From Candidatus Phoenicimicrobium oleiphilum (GTDB taxonomy: Bacteria; Atribacterota; Phoenicimicrobiia; Phoenicimicrobiales; Phoenicimicrobiaceae), in the NCBI GenBank assembly GCA_039638295.1, contig JBDIWJ010000008.1, forward strand, positions 1-48,335: a stretch of DNA of 48,335 bases. Direction: 5' to 3'. Below, piece by piece: positions 29,888-39,396 of this stretch. Position numbers and translations under genes: made by a program. The notes under the pieces are model-generated. The model was not told where the DNA came from and searched no databases. It saw only the letters and a program-made list of their open reading frames with translations. The number at the start of each line of letters is the position of its first letter. Positions within the stretch are counted from its first letter, which is position 1.

Positions 29888-30000
29888 GCAAATTTAGTAA
29901 AATCTCAATTTTTTCTACTCAAGATATTTATCAAATTATTTTCTAATTTTTATTTTATAAACCATAAACATTATAAACTATTTTCTTTCTTATGTAAGAT

Positions 30001-30029
30001 ACAATAACACACCATATTACTATTGTCAA
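30001..30029 (-). promoter_or_regulatory. Sigma70-type promoter for the diguanylate cyclase, overlapped by an inverted repeat
   Basis: Minus strand TTGACA-N17-TATTGT with TG extension; ACAATA-N14-TATTGT palindrome (30001-30026). Confidence 0.55.
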
Positions 30030-30123
30030 CACTTTTTAAATAATATTTAACCTTTTTTACAATTATAATTAAAATATGCTATATAATAACAATTGTAAAC
30101 AAAAAGACATTGAGGTATTACTA

Positions 30124-30741
30124 ATGAAAATAGGATCATATCTAAAAGAATTAAGGATAAAAAATAACCTTACTACTAAACAAGTAGAACTTAAAACTGG
30201 TATATCTAATTCGTATATTTCATTAATTGAAAGAGATAAAAGAACACCTTCCGCAGGAATATTAAATAAACTGGCTAAAGCTTATCAGGTTAAACCAGAA
30301 GATCTTTTATGCCGTATAGGCTACCTTCCTTCTATAAAATCCAAAGACAATTTAAAACAAATCCCCATATACAATATTACCTCTACCGAAAAACCTTTTT
30401 TAGTTTCAGAAAATATAGAAGGATATAGTCCCCTTCCTCCTGGCCTGGGAACTCTTCCAATTAAAGATCTTTTTGCCATTCAAGTAAAAGATAAAAATAT
30501 GGTCTGCGAAAGAATTGGAGAAGGGGATATTTTAATTTTAAGTAAACAAAGCAAAATAGAAAACGGAATTATTGCGTTGATCTCACTCAATAACAAAATT
30601 TCTATAAAAAGAATATCAAAGCAAAATAACCACGTTATATTACAAAGTACTAATTTAGAACAGCCTCCTACCTTAATAAAAGAAACTGATAATTTTAATA
30701 TTATTGGAAAAGTGGAATGGGTAATTCATAAGTTCCGTTAA
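30124..30741 (+). CDS. XRE-HTH + degenerate S24 (LexA/CI-like) transcriptional regulator
   Basis: LKELR...ISNSYISLIER HTH; ENIEGY, FAIQV..M, EGDILI, IKR, IIGKV; GAGGT RBS. Confidence 0.85.
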   Translation: MKIGSYLKELRIKNNLTTKQVELKTGISNSYISLIERDKRTPSAGILNKLAKAYQVKPEDLLCRIGYLPSIKSKDNLKQIPIYNITSTEKPFLVSENIEGYSPLPPGLGTLPIKDLFAIQVKDKNMVCERIGEGDILILSKQSKIENGIIALISLNNKISIKRISKQNNHVILQSTNLEQPPTLIKETDNFNIIGKVEWVIHKFR

Positions 30742-30754
30742 TAACTACTTATAA

Positions 30755-30969
30755 TATGATTATTTCCCAAAAAGCCTAAAATATTTTTAACATGTTATAT
30801 ATAGCACGTCGTAGATAATTTTATATCAAATTATGACTTTTTGGTTATAATTATATTGTAGGGGCACAATGAATTGTGCCCTCGCTATATTGTTGCCCAT
30901 TTCTCCTGTGGGCACGATGCATCGTGCCCCTACCTTACCGTTTTTATCTACTTTTGGGTCTCAATCATA
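30755..30969 (+). repeat. Composite dispersed element, copy 5
   Basis: TATGATTATTTCCCAAAAAG ... REP doublet 30858-30933 ... CTTTTGGGTCTCAATCATA; ATAATATG at both ends (30751-30758, 30967-30974). Confidence 0.9.
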
Positions 30970-31035
30970 ATATGTTATAATTCTTTAAAGATATTAACAA
31001 ATTATATGAAAAATAAAAATTTATAAAGAGTTGTT

Positions 31036-32172
31036 ATGGGTCCAAAAAATAAAAAAAGGCATAAGGGTTTCAGGGGAGTTTACTCCCCTGATAGTCTTAT
31101 TATACATAAAAACAAGATTTTGTCACTAATCTTTATATTGTTTTTATATTTGTCCACATCAATATTTTATTATCACATCTATCAATTCAATAATATAATC
31201 TATGCAGAAGAAACTATTATCCCTATTTTAACTTATCATAATTTTACCGAAGATAAAGGAGATAGTTATAAGATTAATATCGATGATTTCGAAAAGCAGA
31301 TGAACTACCTGGCTACTCATAACTATTCGGTAATCTCTCTTTCAAAATTGCTTGAAGGATTAAAAAACAACCAACTCCCACCAAAGCCGGCAGTAATAAC
31401 CATAGATGATGGTTTTAAATCTACTTACACTTTAGCCTATCCCCTTTTAAAAAAATATAACTTCCCGGCAACTCTCTTTTTATACAGCGATTTCATCGAA
31501 AGAAATAGTTATAGTCTTACCTGGGAAGAGATTAGAGAGATGATAAAAAATAATATGGAAATTGGTTCTCACACCCTAAGTCACTGCAATCTTCTTCAGT
31601 ACAAGAACAACGAAAGTTATGAAAGTTATATTTCTCGAATTAAGAAGGAAATCTTTTTATCCAAAGAAATTTTAGAAGGTAAAATTGGAATTAAGGTAAA
31701 GCTTTTTGCTTATCCTTACGGTGCTTATAGTTCTATAATTAAAGATTTGGCTATACAGGCAAGTTATGAAGGAATTGTTAATGCCAATAGTATGAATAAT
31801 ACCCTTAATACTGACCCCTGGTCTCTGAATCGGCAAATTATCTACGGGAATAATTCCAATAATTCTTTTATCGAGATATTAAACCAACAAATTATCCCTA
31901 CCTCTAAAATCTTTCCCTTGGATGGAGCAGTTCTTAGTGATCAGTATGTTAAAATTGGAGCAATTTTAGAAGATAGTAATATTGATGAAAAAAGTCTAAA
32001 TATGAAATTAGGCGGGGCAAAAGTAAAATTCAATTTTAATCCAGAAGACAAAGAGATCTCTTTTACTCCTTTCAAGCCTTTAATTAAAAAATCTTATATT
32101 ATTAATATTACCGCATATAATAAAAGTGCTAACTGCACCAGAAAAAAATCCTGGCTAATTACCATTAATTGA
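31036..32172 (+). CDS. Membrane-anchored polysaccharide deacetylase (NodB/CE4)
   Basis: PILTYH, ITIDDG, IGSHTLSH, FAYPYG. Confidence 0.9.
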   Translation: MGPKNKKRHKGFRGVYSPDSLIIHKNKILSLIFILFLYLSTSIFYYHIYQFNNIIYAEETIIPILTYHNFTEDKGDSYKINIDDFEKQMNYLATHNYSVISLSKLLEGLKNNQLPPKPAVITIDDGFKSTYTLAYPLLKKYNFPATLFLYSDFIERNSYSLTWEEIREMIKNNMEIGSHTLSHCNLLQYKNNESYESYISRIKKEIFLSKEILEGKIGIKVKLFAYPYGAYSSIIKDLAIQASYEGIVNANSMNNTLNTDPWSLNRQIIYGNNSNNSFIEILNQQIIPTSKIFPLDGAVLSDQYVKIGAILEDSNIDEKSLNMKLGGAKVKFNFNPEDKEISFTPFKPLIKKSYIINITAYNKSANCTRKKSWLITIN

Positions 32173-32226
32173 ACCAGGATTTTTCTCACAAATATTTTTA
32201 ATAATTTTAAAAGAATATTTATTTTT

Positions 32227-32931
32227 CTATTCTCCTAAATAAGCTTTTCTTACTTCTTCATTCCGCAAGAGCTCTTCTCCAGTACCTTGCAAAACAATTC
32301 GTCCAGTCTCCAGCACATAAGCATAATCAGCTATTTTCAAAGCAGCAAAGGCGTTCTGCTCGATTAAAAGTATAGTTATACCTTCCTGATGGATTCGCTG
32401 AATAATCTCGAAGATCTCTTTTACCAATAAAGGGGCTAACCCCAAAGATGGTTCATCCAACATTAAAAGTTTAGGGCGAGACATTAATCCCCGAGCTACG
32501 GCTAACATTTGTTGCTCTCCGCCTGATAAAGTAGCACCTTTCTGCCACAATCTTTCTTTTAGTCGAGGAAATAATTTACAAACCCATTCCTGATCTTTAA
32601 TAATCTCTTCTTTATCCTCTCGGACAAAAGCACCTAAATCTAAATTTTCCTGAACTGTTAAGTTAGGGAATATTCTTCTCCCCTCAGGAATTAATACTGC
32701 TCCCATTTTAACAATCTGGTCTGTAGAAATATTAGTTATATCCTTATCTTTAAATATTATTTTTCCTTCTTTGGCTCTAACTAAAGAGCATATAGTCCTT
32801 AAAGTAGTACTCTTGCCAGCTCCATTAGCCCCGATTAAAGTAATAATTTTCCCCTTAGAAACATCAAAAGAAATACCTTTTAAGGCATGAATACCACCAT
32901 AATATACATTTAGATTCTCTACTTTAAGCAT
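32227..32931 (-). CDS. livF: Branched-chain amino acid ABC ATPase
   Basis: GANGAGKST, PEGRRIF, LSGGEQQMLA, DEPSLGLAP. Confidence 0.95.
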   Translation of the reverse strand: MLKVENLNVYYGGIHALKGISFDVSKGKIITLIGANGAGKSTTLRTICSLVRAKEGKIIFKDKDITNISTDQIVKMGAVLIPEGRRIFPNLTVQENLDLGAFVREDKEEIIKDQEWVCKLFPRLKERLWQKGATLSGGEQQMLAVARGLMSRPKLLMLDEPSLGLAPLLVKEIFEIIQRIHQEGITILLIEQNAFAALKIADYAYVLETGRIVLQGTGEELLRNEEVRKAYLGE

Positions 32932-33697
32932 AGCTAGCTTCCACCCCCAGATAAGCCTTAATCACTTCTGGATTATGTTGAATTTCTTCAGGATTTCCTT
33001 CGGCGATGGTCTTTCCATAATCCAACACCAATATTCTCTTACATATCCCCATTACTACCTTCATATCATGCTCTATTAATATAATAGTTAGTTTATATTT
33101 TTCCTGAATCCTTTGAATAAAAGTCATCAATTCTTTAGTTTCATGGGGGTTCATTCCTGCTGCTGGTTCATCTAAAAGTAACAATTTTGGACGTGTAGCT
33201 AAAGCTCGAGCAATTTCTAATTTCCTCTGTTCCCCATATGGAAGTCCACCAGCTACATAATTTTTAAATTTCTCCAGTTTAACTTCCTTTAATAATTCTT
33301 CTGCTTCTTCCCTCATATAATTTTCTTCCTGCAAATATTGTGGTAAACAAAATACCGCACTCAAAACTGGGGACTTTATTCGTAAATGACATCCTATCAT
33401 TACATTATCTATCACTGAGAGATTATTAAATAAACGTATATTCTGAAAAGTTCTGGCTATTCCCAAAGAAGTAATTTTGTCCACACTTTTTTTAGTTATT
33501 TCCTGGCCATTAAAATAAATCTCTCCTTTAGTAGGTTTATATACTCCAGTTATCATATTAAAGACTGTGGTTTTACCTGCTCCATTGGGACCAATTAAAC
33601 CTACTAATTCCCCCTTCTGCAAATTTAGATAAAAATTAGAGACAGCTGTCAATCCACCAAATCGAATAGTAATATGATCTGCTTTTAAGATACTCAT
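32924..33697 (-). CDS. livG: Branched-chain amino acid ABC ATPase
   Basis: FGGL.AV, GIARTFQNIRLF, LPYGEQR, DEPAAGMN. Confidence 0.95.
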   Translation of the reverse strand: MSILKADHITIRFGGLTAVSNFYLNLQKGELVGLIGPNGAGKTTVFNMITGVYKPTKGEIYFNGQEITKKSVDKITSLGIARTFQNIRLFNNLSVIDNVMIGCHLRIKSPVLSAVFCLPQYLQEENYMREEAEELLKEVKLEKFKNYVAGGLPYGEQRKLEIARALATRPKLLLLDEPAAGMNPHETKELMTFIQRIQEKYKLTIILIEHDMKVVMGICKRILVLDYGKTIAEGNPEEIQHNPEVIKAYLGVEASYA

Positions 33698-33705
33698 CTC
33701 TTTTT

Positions 33706-34767
33706 TTAACTTCCTTCCTTTATCTCTTTTTTACTTCGAGTCAACTTATAATATAACCATTCCCAGGACCATTCTCTGTTTCCCATAAGCCCCTGGTGAA
33801 AGAATAAAACCACTATCATTAATAAAATTGCAAAAATAAGCATTCTCATTCCTGGTATCCCAGGAATATTTAATCCAAAAAAGCTCATTGGTGATTCAAC
33901 CGACCTTAATACCTCCATCAATACAGCAAATAAAACACCTACTATTACTGTACCAGTTATACTGCCTAAACCTCCTACAATAACGATTATTATTATCTGG
34001 AATGTCATAAAAAAACTGAAAGTATTTGGGTCAATTGTCATAACTAAACTACCTAAAAGAGCCCCACCAATACCGGCAAAAAATGCCCCGACAACAAAAG
34101 ACAATACTTTATGATAAAATAGGTTTACCCCCATTGCCTCAGCAGCTATATCATCTTCGCGAATAGATTTTAATGCCCTACCATAACTACTATTAATTAA
34201 ATTCTTAATAAACCAAACAGCAAATATAGCAATCCCCCAACTCCACCACAAATTAGTATAGCTGGGCAATCCCTTTAGTCCTAAAGGTCCATTAGTAATG
34301 TTCTGCAAGTTACAAAATAAAACTCTTATTATCTCCGAAAAACCAAATGTAACAATAGCCAAATAATCTCCTCTCAAACGCAGGCAAGGTGCACCAACCA
34401 AAAAGCCAACACCTGCTGAAACTAAACCTGCTATAATTAAGGAAAATACAAAGGGAATTTGAATAACACTTAAAGGCCAGATAAGGGGAGTTATGAAATA
34501 ATTTACTTCTTTTAACTCTGGAGACATATACAAAAGAGCAGAGACATAAGCCCCGATAGCCATAAATCCAGCATGCCCCAAAGAAAACTGGCCAGTAAAA
34601 CCATTTATCAAATTAAGACTGACTCCTAAAATAACATATATACCACACAAATTTAAAATTCTAATAACATAGGTATCAAAATTCCTTTGCGCAACAAAGA
34701 TAAATAAAATTATTATCAAAATAGTGGCAATCTTTAATAATAAGAAATCTTTCTTTTTTTCTATCAC
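33706..34767 (-). CDS. livM: Branched-chain amino acid ABC permease
   Basis: GQFSLGHAGF, LRLRGDYLAIVT, REDDIAAEAMG. Confidence 0.93.
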   Translation of the reverse strand: MIEKKKDFLLLKIATILIIILFIFVAQRNFDTYVIRILNLCGIYVILGVSLNLINGFTGQFSLGHAGFMAIGAYVSALLYMSPELKEVNYFITPLIWPLSVIQIPFVFSLIIAGLVSAGVGFLVGAPCLRLRGDYLAIVTFGFSEIIRVLFCNLQNITNGPLGLKGLPSYTNLWWSWGIAIFAVWFIKNLINSSYGRALKSIREDDIAAEAMGVNLFYHKVLSFVVGAFFAGIGGALLGSLVMTIDPNTFSFFMTFQIIIIVIVGGLGSITGTVIVGVLFAVLMEVLRSVESPMSFFGLNIPGIPGMRMLIFAILLMIVVLFFHQGLMGNREWSWEWLYYKLTRSKKEIKEGS

Positions 34768-34782
34768 TTTTTTTATACCTGC

Positions 34783-35661
34783 CTATTCTTCTCCAAATAA
34801 TCCTTCTGGTTTGAATAACAATACAAAGATTAAAATTACAAAAATAAAAGCATCTTTATATCCAGCTAATTCTGGCAAAAATGCTACTATCATAATAGTT
34901 AGCAATCCTACCAGGAACCCTCCTACCATTGCTCCCCGAATACTGCCAATTCCTCCGATAATAGCTGCAGTAAAAGCCCTCCATCCCGGGAATACTCCCA
35001 TAAAGGGCCAGATTTGGGGATAACGTAAAGCCCATAGTATTGCCCCCACAGCGGCTAATCCTGAACCTATCATAAAGGTAAAAGAAATAGTCCTATCCAA
35101 ATTAATACCCATTAACATAGCAGTATCAAAGTCTTTAGAAATAGCTCGCATAGCTAATCCAGTTTTAGTTCTATAAACTATATAGCTTAATATTAACAAA
35201 AAAACTATGGAAACGATAGGAGTAACAAAATTAACTCCTGGAACTCGAACTTCTCCCAGAACAAAGGTTTTAGCAAAAAACTCGGGACGATAAAATGATT
35301 TTGGTCGTCCGCCAAATACAACTATTGCAAAATTCTCTAATAAAAAAGACATTCCAATCGCAGAGCACAAAGAAGATATACGAGGAGCATTTCTTAGTGG
35401 TTTATAAGCTACTCTCTCTATAGTTCTACCCAATACCATAGCTAATATTATTGCCACCAAGCAAGCTATTCCCCAGGGGAGGGAAAATATCGTCATAGCA
35501 TAAAAAACAAAAAAGGCAGCCATCATAAAGATATCCCCATGGGCAAAGTTTATTAAACGCAAAACCCCATAAACCATTGTATAACCTATAGCCACAAGGG
35601 CAAATAAACAACCTAAAGAAATTCCATTGCTTAAATTCTGTAAAAAGATATTTAGACTCAT
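34783..35661 (-). CDS. livH: Branched-chain amino acid ABC permease
   Basis: GYTMVYGVLRLINFAHGD, GLAMRA, AAIIGGIGS. Confidence 0.93.
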   Translation of the reverse strand: MSLNIFLQNLSNGISLGCLFALVAIGYTMVYGVLRLINFAHGDIFMMAAFFVFYAMTIFSLPWGIACLVAIILAMVLGRTIERVAYKPLRNAPRISSLCSAIGMSFLLENFAIVVFGGRPKSFYRPEFFAKTFVLGEVRVPGVNFVTPIVSIVFLLILSYIVYRTKTGLAMRAISKDFDTAMLMGINLDRTISFTFMIGSGLAAVGAILWALRYPQIWPFMGVFPGWRAFTAAIIGGIGSIRGAMVGGFLVGLLTIMIVAFLPELAGYKDAFIFVILIFVLLFKPEGLFGEE

Positions 35662-35683
35662 TATTTTATCCAATCCTCAAATA

Positions 35684-35822
35684 TTAGTTGTTAGCGAATA
35701 ATCGTTAGTCGCTAATAGGACAGGAGTCCTCCGTTCCCCGTTCCCCGTTACTCGTTTTCACGAGCACATGTTTCACGGGGACAGGCTCGCCTGTCGATGT
35801 AGAGGTCGGATTTATCCGACCC
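35684..35822. repeat. Mosaic of heptamer repeats, short palindromes and a single GTAG-REP
   Basis: CCGTTCC CCGTTCC CCGTTAC; GACAGGCTCGCCTGTC; GTAGAGGTCGG-ATTTAT-CCGACC (35799-35822). Confidence 0.6.
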
Positions 35823-35854
35823 GATGCTTGTTCACTGTTCCAGTACAATTAAAC

Positions 35855-35895
35855 TAAGATTGAAGAGAAGGATTTTATCCCTCTCTTCAATCTTA
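35855..35895 (-). terminator. Long hairpin after livK (attenuating or mRNA-stabilising)
   Basis: TAAGATTGAAGAGA...TCTCTTCAATCTTA 14-bp perfect stem. Confidence 0.7.
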
Positions 35896-35935
35896 ACAAA
35901 AGATATTATTTTACATTTAATTCTTTAAGTATTAG

Positions 35936-37075
35936 TTAGAAAGGACGTACAGTAGCTACATATTTAAACTGGCCATTCTCAATAGTCTTAATTATTGCAT
36001 CTTTAGTAGCGTCTCCATTGTAATCTAAGGTAATCATCCCGGTAACCCCTTCGTAATCCTTAGTTTCTGCTAAGGCATCACGAATTGCCTTGGGATCAGC
36101 TGAACCTGCCCTCTTGATAGCATCAACTACCAAATTAAAAGCATCAAAACCTAAAGCAGCAAAAGCGCTGGGAGCTTTTTTATATTTTTCTTCAAAATCT
36201 TTACAGAATTTTTCTGCTGCCTTAGTGGTAACTGCTGTGGCATCAAAATGGGTACTAAAGTATCCGCCCTCGACTGCTTCTCCACCCACTTCAATAAATT
36301 CTGGTGCCTCCCAGGTATCTCCTCCTAAGAATTTGGCAGTAATTCCCATCTCTTTTCCTTGTTTAATAATTAGAGCTGCATCTCCATATGAACCTGCGGG
36401 AACAAAAACTACATCGGGATTTTTACTTGCTGCATAAGTTACCTGAGCAGTAAAGTCCTGGTCTCCAGTTTGATAAGAAATCAACCCTACAATAGATTTT
36501 GGATTGCCAGTTAACTTGATAAAAGCTTCCCGGAAGAAATTAGACAATCCCACCGCATAATCGGAAGCAATATCCTGAATAACTACAGCGGTCTTTGCAT
36601 TAAGATTATTTACTGCAAAATTTGCCATTACTGCTCCCTGGAAAGGATCAATAAAACAAGCTCTAAAAGCATAAGGTTTTCCTAACGTTACTAAAGGATT
36701 GGTAGGAGAACATCCCATCATTGGAATACCTGCTTTGTTAGCTACTTCACTTCCTGGTATTGCGCAAGCACTACCATAGGTTCCTACTATGGCTACAGCC
36801 TTTTCAAATTCGATCAAGCGGGCAACCGCATTGGCTGCTTCTACTTTTTCACTTTTGTTATCTACTAAAACCATTTTAATTGGTCTACCCAAAACTGTTG
36901 GTTGCTGTTCAAAAGCTAAATTTACTCCCTCCATAGTCATCTGTCCACCAGCCGCATAGGGTCCAGTCATTGGTTCGTAAACCCCGATTACAATTTCCTC
37001 AGCAGCTCCCGCTACCAAACTAAACATCAACAAGAATGATAATAGAATTACTACCATTAACCCTAACCTTTTCAT
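35936..37075 (-). CDS. livK: Branched-chain amino acid ABC substrate-binding protein
   Basis: Signal peptide; TGPYAAGG, DNKS, TNPLVT, FRACFIDPFQG, EGVTG. Confidence 0.92.
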   Translation of the reverse strand: MKRLGLMVVILLSFLLMFSLVAGAAEEIVIGVYEPMTGPYAAGGQMTMEGVNLAFEQQPTVLGRPIKMVLVDNKSEKVEAANAVARLIEFEKAVAIVGTYGSACAIPGSEVANKAGIPMMGCSPTNPLVTLGKPYAFRACFIDPFQGAVMANFAVNNLNAKTAVVIQDIASDYAVGLSNFFREAFIKLTGNPKSIVGLISYQTGDQDFTAQVTYAASKNPDVVFVPAGSYGDAALIIKQGKEMGITAKFLGGDTWEAPEFIEVGGEAVEGGYFSTHFDATAVTTKAAEKFCKDFEEKYKKAPSAFAALGFDAFNLVVDAIKRAGSADPKAIRDALAETKDYEGVTGMITLDYNGDATKDAIIKTIENGQFKYVATVRPF

Positions 37076-37408
37076 TATTTTTTCTTCCTCCTTAATATTT
37101 TTTTATTTATCTTTAAAATATTCGATATAGTATTTTTTATTTACCCATTAACACCTCCTTTATCGTTTTTAAAAATTAATTTTGTAAGATAAAATTGGAG
37201 TAAAATATAATTTTATCTAGTTTAAAAAATAAGAAGATATTTGGTAATTTTTTGCAAACTCAGTAAATTTAATAATAATTTTTATTATTATTTATTCCTT
37301 TTAATTAATTTTCTTATTAATCAGTAAAAGGTTATACTCTAATAAAATTAAATATCGTTTAAAGTTTAACATTTAATTTATTAAAATATAAGATATATTC
37401 AAGATACT

Positions 37409-37445
37409 AAAAGAGGATGGTATAATTAATATGCCATCCTCTTTT
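37409..37445 (-). terminator. Intrinsic terminator
   Basis: AAAAGAGGATGG...CCATCCTCTTTT hairpin just after the 5'-nucleotidase stop. Confidence 0.8.
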
Positions 37446-37455
37446 ATTTTAGCTA

Positions 37456-39132
37456 TCATTCTGTGGGAATAACTAACTCCTGGCCAGGTTTGATAAGTCT
37501 TGGATTATCTATTTCATTACAAGCCAGAATTTTTTCTACAGTTGTTCCAAATTTTTGAGCAATCTTCCATAATGAATCCCCAACTTCTACTATATAAAGC
37601 TTACCAGTTTTTACTTCAGATAACCAATTCTTCTTCACGGGAGAAATAATTCCTGCCTTTTCTACTGCTTCCATCATTGCATCTCTTACTGGAATAAAGG
37701 TATCTACTTTATCTATAGCATTATCAAAGTTATAATTATCTCCACCAGTTGCCATAAAGTCATTGGTTACCACAGTATAGTACTTATCCATTTCCACAGG
37801 GGTACCATCTTCTAAGACCATGCTGACAATCCTATTACCTGCTTCTGCCTCAGGATCATAAGTTACTTTTACTCCGGCAATTTGAATCCAACCTATATCA
37901 TCATTCATTATTCCGTGTTCAATATTTGCCTTTATATCCGCACCAGATAACTTCATAGTATATAGAGTGTTATCAAAAGGCATAACTTCATATAATTTAC
38001 CAGCAGTAACTTCACCTGCCGGGATACTGGTTCTGAGTCCGCCACCATTAGTCATAGCAATCTGAACCCCAACTTTATCTTTCATTATTTCACAGGTCCA
38101 TTCACCCAATAAAGATGGGCCAGCATATCTATCATGCTCCAAATCTACCGTGGTTTTACCTAATACTCTTCCTAAAACAGGTTCTAATTTTTCTTCATAT
38201 TCCTTATAGATTGCCAACATATTAGCATCATCTTTAAGAGTATCTGCTCTTTTGTAAAGATGGTCAAGAGATGGTTCTGCACCTATTAATTTATTATTTT
38301 CATCAAAAATAAAAGTGATTTTACCAAATGTACGTCCATTTTTATAAGCCTGTATTATAGGTCTATCATTTACCAATCCACTAACGCTTTGATGAGTATG
38401 TGCAGATATTACTGCATCCACTCCATCCACATTGCATAAGGCGGCAGCTTCACCACTAATATTCCCTTCTTTATCCTGGAATGAACCAAGGTGAGTTAAA
38501 GCAACAATAATGTCTGCTCCTACATCTTTTACTTTGGGTACCCATTCGGTGATTATTTCTACCGGGTCTCTGAATTCATAATTTTCTACATTTGCCTTCA
38601 GGGTCTTATAAGCAGTTTCTGGGGTAGCCAAACCAATAAAGCCAACTTTTACTCCCTTTCTTTCGATAATAACAAAGGGTTCCGCCCAATCGACTGGTTC
38701 GTTTGTTCTTTTATCGTAAATATTGGTACAAATAAAAGTAAGTTCACCTTCTTCGGCCCATTTAGTAATTTTATCGACTCCCCAATCAAATTCGTGGTTA
38801 CCAACTGCAGATAATTCTAACCCCATTTCTTTAAACATTGCTGAAACTGGTTCACCATATAAGAGATTTGACATAGCACTACCTTGATAATTATCACCAG
38901 CAGATACTATAATCGTTCCTTCTGGGTTATTATTTTTTTCAGTCTTTATGGCGTCTACCAGCTTTGCTGCTCCTACGTTTTTCCCCTCAGAGGCAAGTGA
39001 ACCGTGAAAGTCATTAATCGATATAATTGTAATCTCCTTTTCAGCAGCCAAAATAAAAGATATAGAGCCTAAAATCAACAAAAAAGTTAACAGACAAATT
39101 AACAGCACTTTAGTCATTTTAAATCTCAACAT
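37456..39132 (-). CDS. Exported 5'-nucleotidase/metallophosphoesterase with C-terminal LysM
   Basis: NDFHG, AGD, GNHEFDWG, AHTH, NGGGLR, PFDN; GDSLWKIAQKFG LysM. Confidence 0.93.
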   Translation of the reverse strand: MLRFKMTKVLLICLLTFLLILGSISFILAAEKEITIISINDFHGSLASEGKNVGAAKLVDAIKTEKNNNPEGTIIVSAGDNYQGSAMSNLLYGEPVSAMFKEMGLELSAVGNHEFDWGVDKITKWAEEGELTFICTNIYDKRTNEPVDWAEPFVIIERKGVKVGFIGLATPETAYKTLKANVENYEFRDPVEIITEWVPKVKDVGADIIVALTHLGSFQDKEGNISGEAAALCNVDGVDAVISAHTHQSVSGLVNDRPIIQAYKNGRTFGKITFIFDENNKLIGAEPSLDHLYKRADTLKDDANMLAIYKEYEEKLEPVLGRVLGKTTVDLEHDRYAGPSLLGEWTCEIMKDKVGVQIAMTNGGGLRTSIPAGEVTAGKLYEVMPFDNTLYTMKLSGADIKANIEHGIMNDDIGWIQIAGVKVTYDPEAEAGNRIVSMVLEDGTPVEMDKYYTVVTNDFMATGGDNYNFDNAIDKVDTFIPVRDAMMEAVEKAGIISPVKKNWLSEVKTGKLYIVEVGDSLWKIAQKFGTTVEKILACNEIDNPRLIKPGQELVIPTE

Positions 39133-39396
39133 ATTTTTACAATTCCTCCTGTAAAATATTTTTAAATAGTTATTTAAACTCGACCAAAACTAGAGTAATC
39201 CAGCTTATAAACCACCTCCCTTTTTTTAAAAGTTATCTCCGAAATTATAAAATTATGAAAATCCTGCTTAAATTTTAAAATTAGTTTATATTTTTATATT
39301 CTACATTTATATTTAATAATCCTTCTTTCTGGTAAAAAATTCTTGAAAATAAATAAAATTTTTGATAAATTACTTTTTTCCTGCTATAAAACTTAA

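Noticed and set aside
13042..30969. Dispersed repeats as a CRISPR array
   Set aside because: Copies are kilobases apart, ~210 bp long and diverged; no regular spacers or cas genes.
13042..30969. Repeats as integron attC sites or Xer/dif sites
   Set aside because: No RYYYAAC/GTTRRRY-bounded attC structure, no integrase, and bracketed genes face both ways. ATAA-TATGA-TTAT has the wrong central spacing for dif.
37160..37400. T-box or riboswitch upstream of the liv operon
   Set aside because: Extremely AT-rich; no T-box motif or terminator/antiterminator visible.
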